Source: Bacillota bacterium (GTDB lineage: Bacteria; Bacillota; Clostridia; Lachnospirales; Lachnospiraceae). Taken from it: DNA of 58,448 nucleotides. The DNA lies in the NCBI GenBank assembly GCA_023428885.1, contig JAEYWQ010000151.1, positions 1 through 58,448 of the forward strand, given 5' to 3'. How positions within the stretch are numbered: the first letter of the stretch is position 1; the number at the start of each line of letters is the position of its first letter. The notes beneath the pieces are model-generated. The model saw nothing but the letters and a program-made list of their open reading frames with translations. It was not told the origin of the DNA and searched no databases. The position numbers and the translations under genes were made by a program. Below are positions 1 through 9,926 of this stretch, piece by piece.

Positions 1-379
1 ACAGATAACCATCCTAAATTATAACTTTTTTTACCCTCATATAAAACAGTGTGCGCGACTAAATTCTGCCTAATGAAATTTACCTGAATTTACTCTTGCA
101 TTCTGGAATTTACTTTTGCATTTAACATCCTTCAGATAATTTGCAAATGAAGTCTTTCTTCATAATTAAAAAATGCTGACATGATTTCTCCAATTGCTCA
201 TTCCAAATCAATCCACCCATGAATTCCAAATCCCCACACTTCCTTGACTCTCCTATCAATTCCCAGCCATCGACTCATCAAAAAAAAAGCCCCCCCTTAG
301 GATGAGGACTAATCACAATGAACGAAGACAGTGGATTTGAACACACCGCCTCTATTTCCTAAAATAGTAAAACTCTCCT

Positions 380-859
380 CTACTTATGGTACGGTTCCCC
401 CTTCATAATCCGATACCCTCGATAAATCTGTTCTAACAAAATCATCCTCATCATCTGATGTGGAAATGTCATCTTTGAAAAACTCAATTTATAATCGGCC
501 CGTTTTAATATCTCTTCATCCAACCCTAGAGAACCTCCAATAATAAATACAATATGACTATCACCATTCACCCCTAATGTTTCCAACTTCTCAGATAAGC
601 TTTCTGAAGTTAGCATAGTCCCCTCAATTGCAAGAGCTATTACATAAGCGCCGTCTTTTACATTCTTAAGAATTCGCTCCCCTTCCTTCTTCTTAATCTG
701 TAATTCTTCTGCTGCACTTGCGTTATCTGGTGTTTTCTCATCAGGCAGTTCAATGATGTCTAGTTTACAATAGCGGCTAAGTCTTTTACTATATTCCTCG
801 ATTCCCATTGTAAAATACTTTTCTTTTATCTTTCCTACGCATATAACCGTAATTCGCAT
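380..859 (-). CDS. rlmH: 23S rRNA (pseudouridine-1915-N3)-methyltransferase RlmH
   Basis: [16 protein letters not shown]-terminus, [30 protein letters not shown] and C-terminal GEPYHK, all SPOUT/RlmH signatures. Start moved to the ATG at 859, after GGAGG. Confidence 0.97.
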   Translation of the reverse strand: MRITVICVGKIKEKYFTMGIEEYSKRLSRYCKLDIIELPDEKTPDNASAAEELQIKKKEGERILKNVKDGAYVIALAIEGTMLTSESLSEKLETLGVNGDSHIVFIIGGSLGLDEEILKRADYKLSFSKMTFPHQMMRMILLEQIYRGYRIMKGEPYHK

Positions 860-989
860 TCTATCCTCCATCTTTTTTTATCCTAAGCAACTTAACTAAT
901 CATGTTCATTCAAATTGCCATATTACCACAGTATTACAGCACGTTTCCCTTTAATCTTATCATTTGACTCTCTTGTTATCTATAATCTG

Positions 990-1472
990 TTACTTCTTTT
1001 CCTCTTGGTTTATATTCATTGCATTTTGCAATTTGTTCATGTAATGATTATTAATTGTGGTATTCATAATTCGAAAGAAGGTATCCATAATAAAGATTCC
1101 AATCGCTATCATTCCAGCCACTTGAAGCGTCAGATTAAAATAATAAGAAGCTTGTGCCCCATCATCTTGAATCAGATAATAACCGATACGATAGGTATTA
1201 ATACCGGGTACAAGTGGTAGGATGCCAGGGATTAGAAAGATGGTCACCGGCGCCTTTCGTAATCTTGCTAATAAATGGGATACTAAAGCAATCGCTAGAG
1301 TAGCTGCAAGTGTACTCATCGCCACGCTAACTTTAAAATCTCTGCATACTAGGTAAACAAACCAGCTTAAAGCTGAGATACTTCCTGTAGTAACTAAAAA
1401 CTTTCTAGGAATCGACAATATGGTTGCTAATGTGATAACTGCAACAAAAGCACCTATTACTTGAACAATCAT
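990..1472 (-). CDS. threonine/serine exporter family protein, small (ThrE_2-like) subunit
   Basis: Hydrophobic 160 aa with KAPVTIFLIPGILPLVPG; overlaps the upstream ThrE gene by 4 nt. Confidence 0.85.
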   Translation of the reverse strand: MIVQVIGAFVAVITLATILSIPRKFLVTTGSISALSWFVYLVCRDFKVSVAMSTLAATLAIALVSHLLARLRKAPVTIFLIPGILPLVPGINTYRIGYYLIQDDGAQASYYFNLTLQVAGMIAIGIFIMDTFFRIMNTTINNHYMNKLQNAMNINQEEKK

Positions 1473-2242
1473 AGCACACCCCCTAATAGAGTTTTAACCA
1501 TTGCAAGGCCAGCAAAGATGCCCACTGCAAGTGTTACCGCTGTAACAAAAGCTTCTACTAAACGTGCAGTTCCTGATACATAATCTCCCTGTAGGGTATC
1601 TCTTATTGCATTGGTCAGAGCTACCCCAGGTAAAAGTGGCATGATGGAACCTGCGATTACCGGTTCTATATTGGCATTGATACCAGGTATTCTAACACTT
1701 AAGCTGGTTACCATGGCAATAATCGTACAAACAAACATATTGCTTACAAACCGATTCACAGGTACCTTGGTATTAAGCATGCGGCTTATCACAACGAATA
1801 AACCATTGAAGGCTGCTAATATGCATTCTTGTACCGTTGCACCAAATAACACTGTAAAAGCAGTTGCTGATATAATCGCACAGATATACTGTAGCCAAAC
1901 AGGATATGGCCTTACAGCTAAAAGCTCCTCCAACATCTTCTTAGCATCCTCAAGTTCAAGTTCACCTTTACATAGTTTACGGGAAATATCATTGGCATAA
2001 TAGATATTACCCAAATTCGTAACACGCTCCGTCACTTTACGAACTTGGGTAATGGCATCTATGCTGGAGTCTGATAAGGTTACCATAATACCAGTAGATA
2101 CCACAAAAACATCGCAATAAGAAAAGCCAGAAATCTGTAGAATTCGGGTCACCGTATCCTCTACACGATATGTCTCAGCTCCACCACGTAACATAATTTC
2201 ACCAGCTAATATTGCCGTATCAACTAATAATTTATAATTCAT
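1469..2242 (-). CDS. threonine/serine exporter ThrE family protein
   Basis: AGEIMLRGGAETYRVEDT and IMPLLPGVALTNAIRDTLQGDYVSG motifs typical of ThrE/YjjP. Confidence 0.9.
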   Translation of the reverse strand: MNYKLLVDTAILAGEIMLRGGAETYRVEDTVTRILQISGFSYCDVFVVSTGIMVTLSDSSIDAITQVRKVTERVTNLGNIYYANDISRKLCKGELELEDAKKMLEELLAVRPYPVWLQYICAIISATAFTVLFGATVQECILAAFNGLFVVISRMLNTKVPVNRFVSNMFVCTIIAMVTSLSVRIPGINANIEPVIAGSIMPLLPGVALTNAIRDTLQGDYVSGTARLVEAFVTAVTLAVGIFAGLAMVKTLLGGVL

Positions 2243-2670
2243 GAACCACAGAATCCTTTCTCCATAAGATTCACTATATTCATACTTCTAACAATACATT
2301 AACAAAACCCTTCCTTAACTTCAACAAAAATCGTTAAAATTAGCTTTTAAACCTGCTTTCAGCTATTCATTTTATCTTCACTTTTAGCTGTTCATTTTCA
2401 ACAGTTCACTTTCATCAGTTCACCTTATTCTTAGATTAACCAATCACTTTATTTCTACTCATTCTAGCAATCTCTTGCATTAATTTGATTTTTCACTAAA
2501 TTTTTACAAAATTAACCAATGCTAAATATGAACAAACAATTAACTTATTTGTTCACAAATTGTTTCATTCCACTTCATACTTTACACATATTTTCTGTTT
2601 ATAATAATGACATGAAAGTGAATTTTTTTGTTTCACTCTCTCCTCCTCCCCCAATTATAATATAATATTG

Positions 2671-2709
2671 AAAGAAACCTCAGCACGCTGCTGAGGTTTC
2701 TTTTTTCTT
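2671..2709. terminator. intrinsic terminator, probably bidirectional
   Basis: AAAGAAACCTCAGCA-cgc-TGCTGAGGTTTCTTT followed by a T-rich tail. Confidence 0.75.
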
Positions 2710-2972
2710 AATATACGCGAAAGCAAAGTAATCAGATGACAGGCGAACCAGCTAACTTGTCTGCCTGTCATTTGCAAGTGCCCACGCGAACCGAAGATAA
2801 TCGCATCTCGCATAACGTGTTTCTTTCAGTTGACAGTTCAACCGTGGTTTATATTTTTTTCACTTTTTAATCACAAAATGTACACAAATCCGCTTTATAA
2901 TAAGCTTTAGATAGTGATAAATCACTTTCTACTCCCACCCTATATACGAACCGTTCACTCTGATAGGTGAAC

Positions 2973-3002
2973 AAAAAAACGAGCTTCCCCAGCTCGTTTT
3001 TT
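2973..3002. terminator. bidirectional intrinsic terminator downstream of the HlyC/CNNM gene
   Basis: A7-CGAGCT-tcccc-AGCTCG-T6. Confidence 0.8.
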
Positions 3003-3037
3003 GATTCTATTCTATTCTATGTTAATCCGTTCTTTTG

Positions 3038-4483
3038 TTATTTTACATCTGGATTCGTTTGGCTTTCCACATTCTCTAATGTTGTTTCCTCCGAATCATC
3101 GATTGCATCTTTCTCTGTCAAATCAAGTCCTGTAAAGCCGTTTTCAGCTTCCATGAGTTCCTCCTCACTCAGCTTTCGTACCCGGACAGATTCAATCATA
3201 CGATTATGCACTTCCACTAAATCATACTCATGACCACAATATCGTATCACTGCTTTTTCATTTTCATCTGGGATATGGTCAAGTAAGGATATTAAGAGAC
3301 CATTCAAGGTGTCATAATCATCCATATCTTCTTCCTTGAAGACCAATCCAAGTTCGTCTTCTAAGTCCTCTAAACTTGCTTCTCCCAGAATCATGTAGGA
3401 ATTATCATCTAAACGGGTAAAATGTTCTTCTTCCTCATCATATTCATCCTGAATATCACCCACGATTTCTTCCAAGATATCTTCCATCGCAACGATACCA
3501 GCTGTTTGTCCATATTCATCAATAGCAATGGCCATATGTATCTTCCTAGACTGCATATCATGAAATAATACATCAATACTCTTGGTATCTGGAACAAAAT
3601 ATGGTTCACGTGCTACCTTAGTCAAGGGCTGCTGTCTAAGCTTAGGGTCAAGATAGTATAGCATTACGTCTTTCAAATGTAATAAGCCAACGATATTATC
3701 AATATCTCCATCATAAAGTGGAAATCTAGAATAGTTCTCATCTAGCATAAAGCGCAGTGCTTCTTCTATTGTTAATTCACTACTAACCGCTACTATTTTC
3801 TTGCGATGAGTCATAATATCATCGGCAGTCTTAGCATTGAATTCGATAATATTTGTAATCATTTCTGCCTCTTCGGCTTCTAATAACCCTTGTTCTTGTC
3901 CTTCATTTACAATGGACCTGATCTCTTCTTCTGTCACATTTTCCTCTAAATCATGAGGTTTCACTCCAAATAATCGCAGAACTCCATTCGTGGTCTTTTC
4001 AAGTAACCAAAGAAAGGGTGAAAAAACGTAGGTAAAAAGCATAATAAAAGCTGCCAAAGAATAAGCAAAGGTATACGTATGCTTTTTCGCTAGTTTTCTC
4101 GGCAATAGCATGCCAAATACAACAATGAGGTAGGTAATTACTATGGTAACAATAACCATAGCGATTCTTGTGGTTATTTCCATGGTTTCCTCAATTGGAC
4201 TGTTCTCCACTAATTGTTTAATAAATCCATACTGTTTTGAGGAATACGTCATACCTATTAATAGGCTGATTAACGTTAGCAAGATTTCGATCACATTTAT
4301 GTAGAGACTTGGCTTATCTAAAAGTTTTAGTAGACGCTTAGCCTTCTTATCTCCATCTTCTGCTTTCCTTTTCACAACTGATTCATTTACATTCCGTATT
4401 GCCGCTTCTGCAGCTGATACAATTGCGTTAACCGCAACTAAACTTAGTATTAAGACAAGACCACGTATGGGATGTCCATCCAT
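3038..4483 (-). CDS. hemolysin family (HlyC/CorC; CNNM + CBS pair + CorC_HlyC) protein
   Basis: N-terminal TM region, VTEEEIRSIVNEG, YSRFPLY, AIAIDEYGQTAGIVAMEDILEEIVGDIQDEYD, YDTLNG. Confidence 0.93.
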   Translation of the reverse strand: MDGHPIRGLVLILSLVAVNAIVSAAEAAIRNVNESVVKRKAEDGDKKAKRLLKLLDKPSLYINVIEILLTLISLLIGMTYSSKQYGFIKQLVENSPIEETMEITTRIAMVIVTIVITYLIVVFGMLLPRKLAKKHTYTFAYSLAAFIMLFTYVFSPFLWLLEKTTNGVLRLFGVKPHDLEENVTEEEIRSIVNEGQEQGLLEAEEAEMITNIIEFNAKTADDIMTHRKKIVAVSSELTIEEALRFMLDENYSRFPLYDGDIDNIVGLLHLKDVMLYYLDPKLRQQPLTKVAREPYFVPDTKSIDVLFHDMQSRKIHMAIAIDEYGQTAGIVAMEDILEEIVGDIQDEYDEEEEHFTRLDDNSYMILGEASLEDLEDELGLVFKEEDMDDYDTLNGLLISLLDHIPDENEKAVIRYCGHEYDLVEVHNRMIESVRVRKLSEEELMEAENGFTGLDLTEKDAIDDSEETTLENVESQTNPDVK

Positions 4484-4547
4484 AAAAATTTGCTCTCCTT
4501 TTTTCTGATCTTACAGCATGTATTGCTTGATCTGCATTTGTAGCTAC

Positions 4548-4895
4548 CTATGTATCCAGGGCAAAGCTTATAAGTAAAGCCTTGTCGATACGCTTTATGA
4601 TATCTTGGCCCAAGTGACACACTTTTTCTTTCAATCTGGATTTGTCAATCGTACGAATCTGTTCTAATAGAATCACAGAATCTTTTACAATTCCATATTT
4701 ATCTGCATCGATTTCCACGTGCGTAGGCAATTTTGCCTTATTCATCTTCGATGTTATTGCTGCACATATCACTGTCGGACTGTGCTTGTTTCCGGTATCA
4801 TTCTGTATAATCAATACTGGGCGAACGCCACCTTGTTCTGACCCAATCACCGGTCTTAAATCTGCATAAAAAATATCGCCTCGTCTTATAATCAC
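4548..4895 (-). CDS. mazF: MazF/PemK family endoribonuclease toxin (NdoA/EndoA-like)
   Basis: [33 protein letters not shown]...[16 protein letters not shown]; located downstream of alr, as ndoA is in Bacillus/Clostridium. Probable GTG start at 4895. Confidence 0.93.
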   Translation of the reverse strand: MIIRRGDIFYADLRPVIGSEQGGVRPVLIIQNDTGNKHSPTVICAAITSKMNKAKLPTHVEIDADKYGIVKDSVILLEQIRTIDKSRLKEKVCHLGQDIIKRIDKALLISFALDT

Positions 4896-5117
4896 ATAAC
4901 TCACACTCCATCTCATGGCTTTAGCTATATTATTACCACTTTTGACCATCGTATTCCATAAAACGTAACATTCTATGTAGATTGCGGTTATGTATTTCAC
5001 ATTTCCTTACAATTATGTTTGTTACTCTTTTATTTTGCTAAAATTATCAGTCACTAAACTGAGTTTTTACAATTCTAGCTACATATGTAAACCGAAAAAT
5101 CATATAAGAAATGATTT

Positions 5118-6293
5118 TCAGTCACAATATCGGATCGATACGGGTTTTCCATTCTGATAATAAACTCTAGGAACTCTCTTAGCAACATTACAGACATACT
5201 CATAATTAAACGATCCTGCAAGTTCTGCCGGTTCTTCTACAGGAATAAAATTATCCCCATCGCGCCCCACCAGCGTAACTACATCATCCTGTTTTACGTC
5301 AGGTATCTCTGTAACATCTATCATAAATTGATCCATGCACACCCGGCCAATGATTGGCGCAAATTGTCCACGAACCAAGACTCTGCCACAGTTTGACAGC
5401 CGCCTAGGGAAACCATCCGCATAACCCACTGGAATCGTAGCAATACTCATATGTTTTTTCGTAACATATGTGCTGCCGTATCCAATCCCATGGCCTGCTT
5501 CAAGCTCCTTGATAAATGATATATGTGTTTTTATTTCCATTGCTGGTTTCAATAACAATTGTTCCTTATGAACTTCGTTAGATGGATAAAGCCCATATAA
5601 ACTTATGCCACATCGAACCATGTCTAAATTTGCTTCAGGTAAATCGATAATTCCTGCACTGTTAGAGACATGCTTCATTGGCACCGTGACTCCTGCTGCC
5701 TCTAGTTCCTTTACAAATTCCAGATAGATGCGAAGTTGTTCTTTCGCAGAAGTCTTATCAGTCATATCAGCACATGCCAAATGAGTAAATAACCCATCGA
5801 TTGCAATATGCTTCAAATCTCTCATACGTACTATATCATGAATACTCTCTTTTGTAGGTTGGTACCCAATTCGACCCATTCCGGTGTCTAACTTAAGATG
5901 GATACCAGCAATCTTACCTTGACGTTTGGCTTCCTCATCAATCGCCTGAGCCATCTCATACTGAAATACCGTTTGTGTAAGATCATAATGTACTATATTC
6001 GCCAATAATTCTTTGGCAGAATATCCAAGCAATAGGATTGGTTTTGAAATTCCGGCTTTTCTTAGTTCCATGCCTTCTTCCATCATTGCAACTGCAAACC
6101 AATCCACGAGAGGTTCTAAAACTCTCGCCAATGGAACAGCCCCATGACCATAACCATCTGCTTTAATTACAGCCATAATCTTGGTGTCTTCTTTAACAAT
6201 CTTTCTAGTCTCTCTAATGTTATCGCATATCGCGTCTAAATTAATATTTGCACTAACGCGTAAGTATCTTTGATCATATTCATTTTCCATCAT
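5118..6293 (-). CDS. alr: alanine racemase
   Basis: AVIKADGYGHG (PLP lysine), HLKLDTGMGRIG, GYADG, GRVCMDQ. Confidence 0.97.
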   Translation of the reverse strand: MMENEYDQRYLRVSANINLDAICDNIRETRKIVKEDTKIMAVIKADGYGHGAVPLARVLEPLVDWFAVAMMEEGMELRKAGISKPILLLGYSAKELLANIVHYDLTQTVFQYEMAQAIDEEAKRQGKIAGIHLKLDTGMGRIGYQPTKESIHDIVRMRDLKHIAIDGLFTHLACADMTDKTSAKEQLRIYLEFVKELEAAGVTVPMKHVSNSAGIIDLPEANLDMVRCGISLYGLYPSNEVHKEQLLLKPAMEIKTHISFIKELEAGHGIGYGSTYVTKKHMSIATIPVGYADGFPRRLSNCGRVLVRGQFAPIIGRVCMDQFMIDVTEIPDVKQDDVVTLVGRDGDNFIPVEEPAELAGSFNYEYVCNVAKRVPRVYYQNGKPVSIRYCD

Positions 6294-7836
6294 AGTTCAT
6301 CAAAACCTCCGGCAGCGCCTCAATGATGTCACGAGCTAATACAGAGTTTGCTCCAAGCTTTATGCTTGCTAAATCTCCAGCCAGACCGTGTACATATACT
6401 CCTAGCATAGCTGCATCTTCTCTCAATAGTCCTCTAGCTAACAAGGCAGCAATCACTCCTGTTAAAGCGTCACCGCTTCCTCCTGTTGCCATCCCATTAT
6501 TCCCTGAGGTATTGATTACCTTACGATTCTGTGATGATACAATTGTTCTTGTGTCCTTTAACACATAAATCAATTCATTATTATAAGTACATTCTCTCGC
6601 AATGTCAATTAAAATACTTGGAATATTATTAACAGCTTCTAAACTTAACCTGGAAAATTCCATTAAATGAGGGGTTAAGATGCTTTTTCTTGGTAATAGA
6701 TTACTAATTTTGTGATAGCGCTCTGCTTTATTCACGCTATCAGAATCTAGACTTGTTGATAAGATATTCAACGCATCTGCATCGATAACAAGAGGAGTTT
6801 CGCATTCTTTGTATTTTATTAGTTCAATCGCTTTAAAAAATAAGGAAAAAGCATGAGCATCAGTGCCAATTCCAGGTCCAAGAACCACACTATCTGCAAA
6901 AGTAATTGATTTTGCTAATTCCTCTTCCCAATTCTCGTCATCATAAGCTCCAAAGACTGCTTCTGGAAGTAATTGTTGCAACACAGGAATTGCATTACGA
7001 GCTGTTAATACCTTAACTAAACCAACTCCCATACGATACGCTGCATAAGCGCTCAGAAAAGCAGCACCTGTTACCTTACTTGACCCAGCAATCACTAATA
7101 CTTTTCCAAAGGTTCCTTTGTTTGCATAGGCAGGTCGCTTTGGCAATAACCTTTTAAGATCACATGGTTCACAATATAGATAGGCATCATTTAGCTCCGA
7201 TGATTGCTTCAGGGTACATATACCTATCTTTGCTACTGTAATCCTACCAGCATATTCAGCCCCAGGATATAGTAACAATCCAAGTTTCAGCTCTTCGAAG
7301 GTAATTGTTTCATCCGCTTTGACACCAATCCCAAGGATTTGCCCATGATCTGCTGAGATTCCGGATGGAATATCTACTGCAATAATATAAGCACGCCCTG
7401 ATTGCTCATTAATAGAGCGAATGATATCCGCATGTAACCCCTGAACTGGCTTACTTAAGCCAATTCCAAAGATGCTATCGATAATAATAGTATATTCAGT
7501 AAAATTCGTTTCGGTCCGAATGGATAAACCCAAATTCATTGCGATATCCAATTGTTGTTTGGTTTCCATCGTCATTTTATTTTGGTCCCCAACGATTAGG
7601 ATATCCACAGCATAACCATACCCAGTCAAAATTCTTGCGATTGCTATACCGTCCCCTCCGTTGTTACCGACACCACAAACAGTTAATATCTTATCATGAT
7701 GTGTGGCACGACTACAAACAGCCTTAGAAAACTCATAAGCGGCACGTTCCATTAAAACCATGGAAGGGATACCAATCTTTTGAATCGTGGTTTGATCAAG
7801 AAATTTCATTTGAGATGAATTAACTGCGTATTGCAT
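6280..7836 (-). CDS. nnr: bifunctional NAD(P)H-hydrate epimerase/dehydratase
   Basis: LMERAA, GNNGGDG and DIPSG (YjeF_N) plus KGTFGKVLVIAGS, LTPH and GSGDALTG (YjeF_C). Confidence 0.93.
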   Translation of the reverse strand: MQYAVNSSQMKFLDQTTIQKIGIPSMVLMERAAYEFSKAVCSRATHHDKILTVCGVGNNGGDGIAIARILTGYGYAVDILIVGDQNKMTMETKQQLDIAMNLGLSIRTETNFTEYTIIIDSIFGIGLSKPVQGLHADIIRSINEQSGRAYIIAVDIPSGISADHGQILGIGVKADETITFEELKLGLLLYPGAEYAGRITVAKIGICTLKQSSELNDAYLYCEPCDLKRLLPKRPAYANKGTFGKVLVIAGSSKVTGAAFLSAYAAYRMGVGLVKVLTARNAIPVLQQLLPEAVFGAYDDENWEEELAKSITFADSVVLGPGIGTDAHAFSLFFKAIELIKYKECETPLVIDADALNILSTSLDSDSVNKAERYHKISNLLPRKSILTPHLMEFSRLSLEAVNNIPSILIDIARECTYNNELIYVLKDTRTIVSSQNRKVINTSGNNGMATGGSGDALTGVIAALLARGLLREDAAMLGVYVHGLAGDLASIKLGANSVLARDIIEALPEVLMNYDGK

Positions 7837-7854
7837 TTTGCCTTCCTAACCTCC

Positions 7855-8214
7855 TTATATCTCACCAACAACATAGGCACTTGCCAACTCATTTGTATTC
7901 GATATGGATACATGAATCTTACTTATTCCAGCATGTGATGCATACTCAAGAGCCGCATCATATAAGTTAACATACGGTTTTCCAAGTTCATCTCGTAATA
8001 CTTCGATATGCTTTGGCCGTATCTTGCGAAATCCGGTACCAAACATTTTCACCACAGCTTCTTTTACTGCAAAATTATCAGGAGCTTTTCTTTTATCTTT
8101 TAGAATTAATTCTTTCTCTAATATTGTAAAGATGGAGTCGAGAAAAACTTGTTTTTCACAAGCCTTCAACACACGATTAACCTCTACTAAATCAGTTCCA
8201 ATTCCATATATCAT
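7855..8214 (-). CDS. acpS: holo-[acyl-carrier-protein] synthase
   Basis: GIGTDLVE, FAVKEAVVK, GKPY, HVSISN; acpS-nnr-alr gene order. Confidence 0.93.
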   Translation of the reverse strand: MIYGIGTDLVEVNRVLKACEKQVFLDSIFTILEKELILKDKRKAPDNFAVKEAVVKMFGTGFRKIRPKHIEVLRDELGKPYVNLYDAALEYASHAGISKIHVSISNTNELASAYVVGEI

Positions 8215-8286
8215 CTTTCATCCTCATAAAATCGAAGGCATCCATACCTTAACCTGTTTTGCTCGTAAGGGACATTCTGCTTTCCT

Positions 8287-8997
8287 TTAGCTTAATTCAT
8301 CATCGATACATTTCATCAGATCTGGCCCCAGCATATCATGCATATATAGATAAATCTCTCGATTTGTCTTCTCAACTTCTTTTGCTTCTTCTTTTAGCTC
8401 ATGTAGCTTGTCTTCATATTCCTTAATACAATCCTTTAATAGATTCACATGATTGTCTGTTTTGATTAACTCATGAAAACACTCTCTCGTAGTTTCTATT
8501 AATAGTTCTTCGTTTACTCCACTCATCAGTGATGGTATCTGAGCTAACTCATCCTCTAATTTTTGAAGCTGTGAATTAACTTCTAAGATAAGCTTTTGGT
8601 TCTTTTCTAACTTTTTTGCTTTTAACTTACCAAAAAAGGAATCATCTACTTCCATATTGTCCATGATTTCTTGCATCAGCTGCTCTTTATAGTGTCGATA
8701 ACCTTTGATATCCTCTGTAAGCTTACTTTGCCTCTTTAACAAATCATTCACAGTAGCACTAAGTTCCTTCATATGAGCGGTCATTCTTTCCTTTGGGAAA
8801 ATAGTTAACCAACGCTCATCAAAACTCACCAGGGGGACTCTTCTCCCCTCAAACACCTTACGAAAATTGAAGGAGAAAACAACAGCTTCTGATTTCATTG
8901 CATAATGGTTATTTCGTTTATTATTTTTGCTCTTTTTGTCCTCCATATACATTTCCCCTAATCTTATGTTTAAAACAATTGCCGCTAAGTTTCTCAA
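8287..8997 (-). CDS. hypothetical coiled-coil protein
   Basis: Long K/E/L-rich helical ORF between rex and acpS; the true start is probably ~45-50 nt downstream of 8997. Confidence 0.7.
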   Translation of the reverse strand: MRNLAAIVLNIRLGEMYMEDKKSKNNKRNNHYAMKSEAVVFSFNFRKVFEGRRVPLVSFDERWLTIFPKERMTAHMKELSATVNDLLKRQSKLTEDIKGYRHYKEQLMQEIMDNMEVDDSFFGKLKAKKLEKNQKLILEVNSQLQKLEDELAQIPSLMSGVNEELLIETTRECFHELIKTDNHVNLLKDCIKEYEDKLHELKEEAKEVEKTNREIYLYMHDMLGPDLMKCIDDELS

Positions 8998-9077
8998 GTA
9001 GAGAGCTTTTGCGGCATAACATATGTTTTTATGACTATTGTAATCCGAAAGAAAAAACTTAGCTTTCGGGTGCTCTT

Positions 9078-9740
9078 TTATTCTTCGTTTTGATTGACCG
9101 TTGTCTTTAATTTATAGGAGAGACGCATCAAACTTTCTGCTAAATGAACATTCTCCACCATAACATCCTTTGGTAAATTCAGATCAGTAGGAGCAAAGTT
9201 CCATAGAGCATGCACGCCTAAGCGAACTAACTCCTGGGCTACCTGAGGTGCCTTTGCTTTTGGAATCGTTATTGCTGCGATATCTACCCTTGTCGATTTA
9301 ATAAATTCCTCTAATTCATCTACAAGACGAATCTCAATTCCACGAATCGACATTCCAACTAACCTAGGGTTAATATCGAAAATTCCACAGATATGAAATC
9401 CTCTACGTTCAAAGTCAGTATAATTAGCTAATGCTTGTCCTAAATTACCTGCTCCAATAATAATTACATTGTACTTCTTATCTAAGCCTAGAATCTTACC
9501 AATCTCTGTGTGTAGATACTCCACATTATAGCCATACCCTTGTTGTCCAAACCCACCAAAATTATTTAGGTCCTGTCGTATCTGTGACGCTGTTACATTC
9601 ATCTTTTCGCTTAATTCTTTGGATGATATACGTATCACATCATTCTCAAGCAATTCACCAAGATAACGATAATATCTTGGTAATCTCCTGATAACTGCGG
9701 ATGAAATCGTTTTTTCGTACAAATAAATCCCTCCATTCAT
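9078..9740 (-). CDS. rex: redox-sensing transcriptional repressor Rex
   Basis: IRRLPRYYRYL, SQIRQDLNNFGGFGQQGYGYNV, Rossmann GAGNLG, WNFAP. Possible TTG start at 9722. Confidence 0.97.
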   Translation of the reverse strand: MNGGIYLYEKTISSAVIRRLPRYYRYLGELLENDVIRISSKELSEKMNVTASQIRQDLNNFGGFGQQGYGYNVEYLHTEIGKILGLDKKYNVIIIGAGNLGQALANYTDFERRGFHICGIFDINPRLVGMSIRGIEIRLVDELEEFIKSTRVDIAAITIPKAKAPQVAQELVRLGVHALWNFAPTDLNLPKDVMVENVHLAESLMRLSYKLKTTVNQNEE

Positions 9741-9810
9741 TTTTTATTTACTAAGCATGTAAATCCCCATAAAATCTATTCTAAATGTATCACTGGTTTC
9801 TTATCATATA

Positions 9811-9839
9811 ATTATATAGAATTGTGAATAGTCTGTCAA
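9811..9839 (-). promoter_or_regulatory. sigma-A promoter of rex
   Basis: Minus strand reads TTGACA-gactattcacaattcta (17 bp)-TATAAT, a perfect consensus. Confidence 0.85.
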
Positions 9840-9843
9840 TCAT

Positions 9844-9872
9844 TTGACGTAGCTTTGTGCATATGCTAAAAT
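9844..9872 (+). promoter_or_regulatory. sigma-A promoter of the ABC-F gene, back-to-back with the rex promoter
   Basis: TTGACG-17 bp-TAAAAT with an extended -10 TG. Confidence 0.7.
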
Positions 9873-9926
9873 ACTCGGTAGATACGATAAAGCGTACGAA
9901 TAATCAACTTTAGCGAGGAAAATTGC

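Noticed and set aside
2243..2970. T-box or other amino-acid riboswitch upstream of thrE
   Set aside because: No GGTGGNACCGCG T-box motif or other recognisable aptamer; kept only as an unassigned sRNA candidate.
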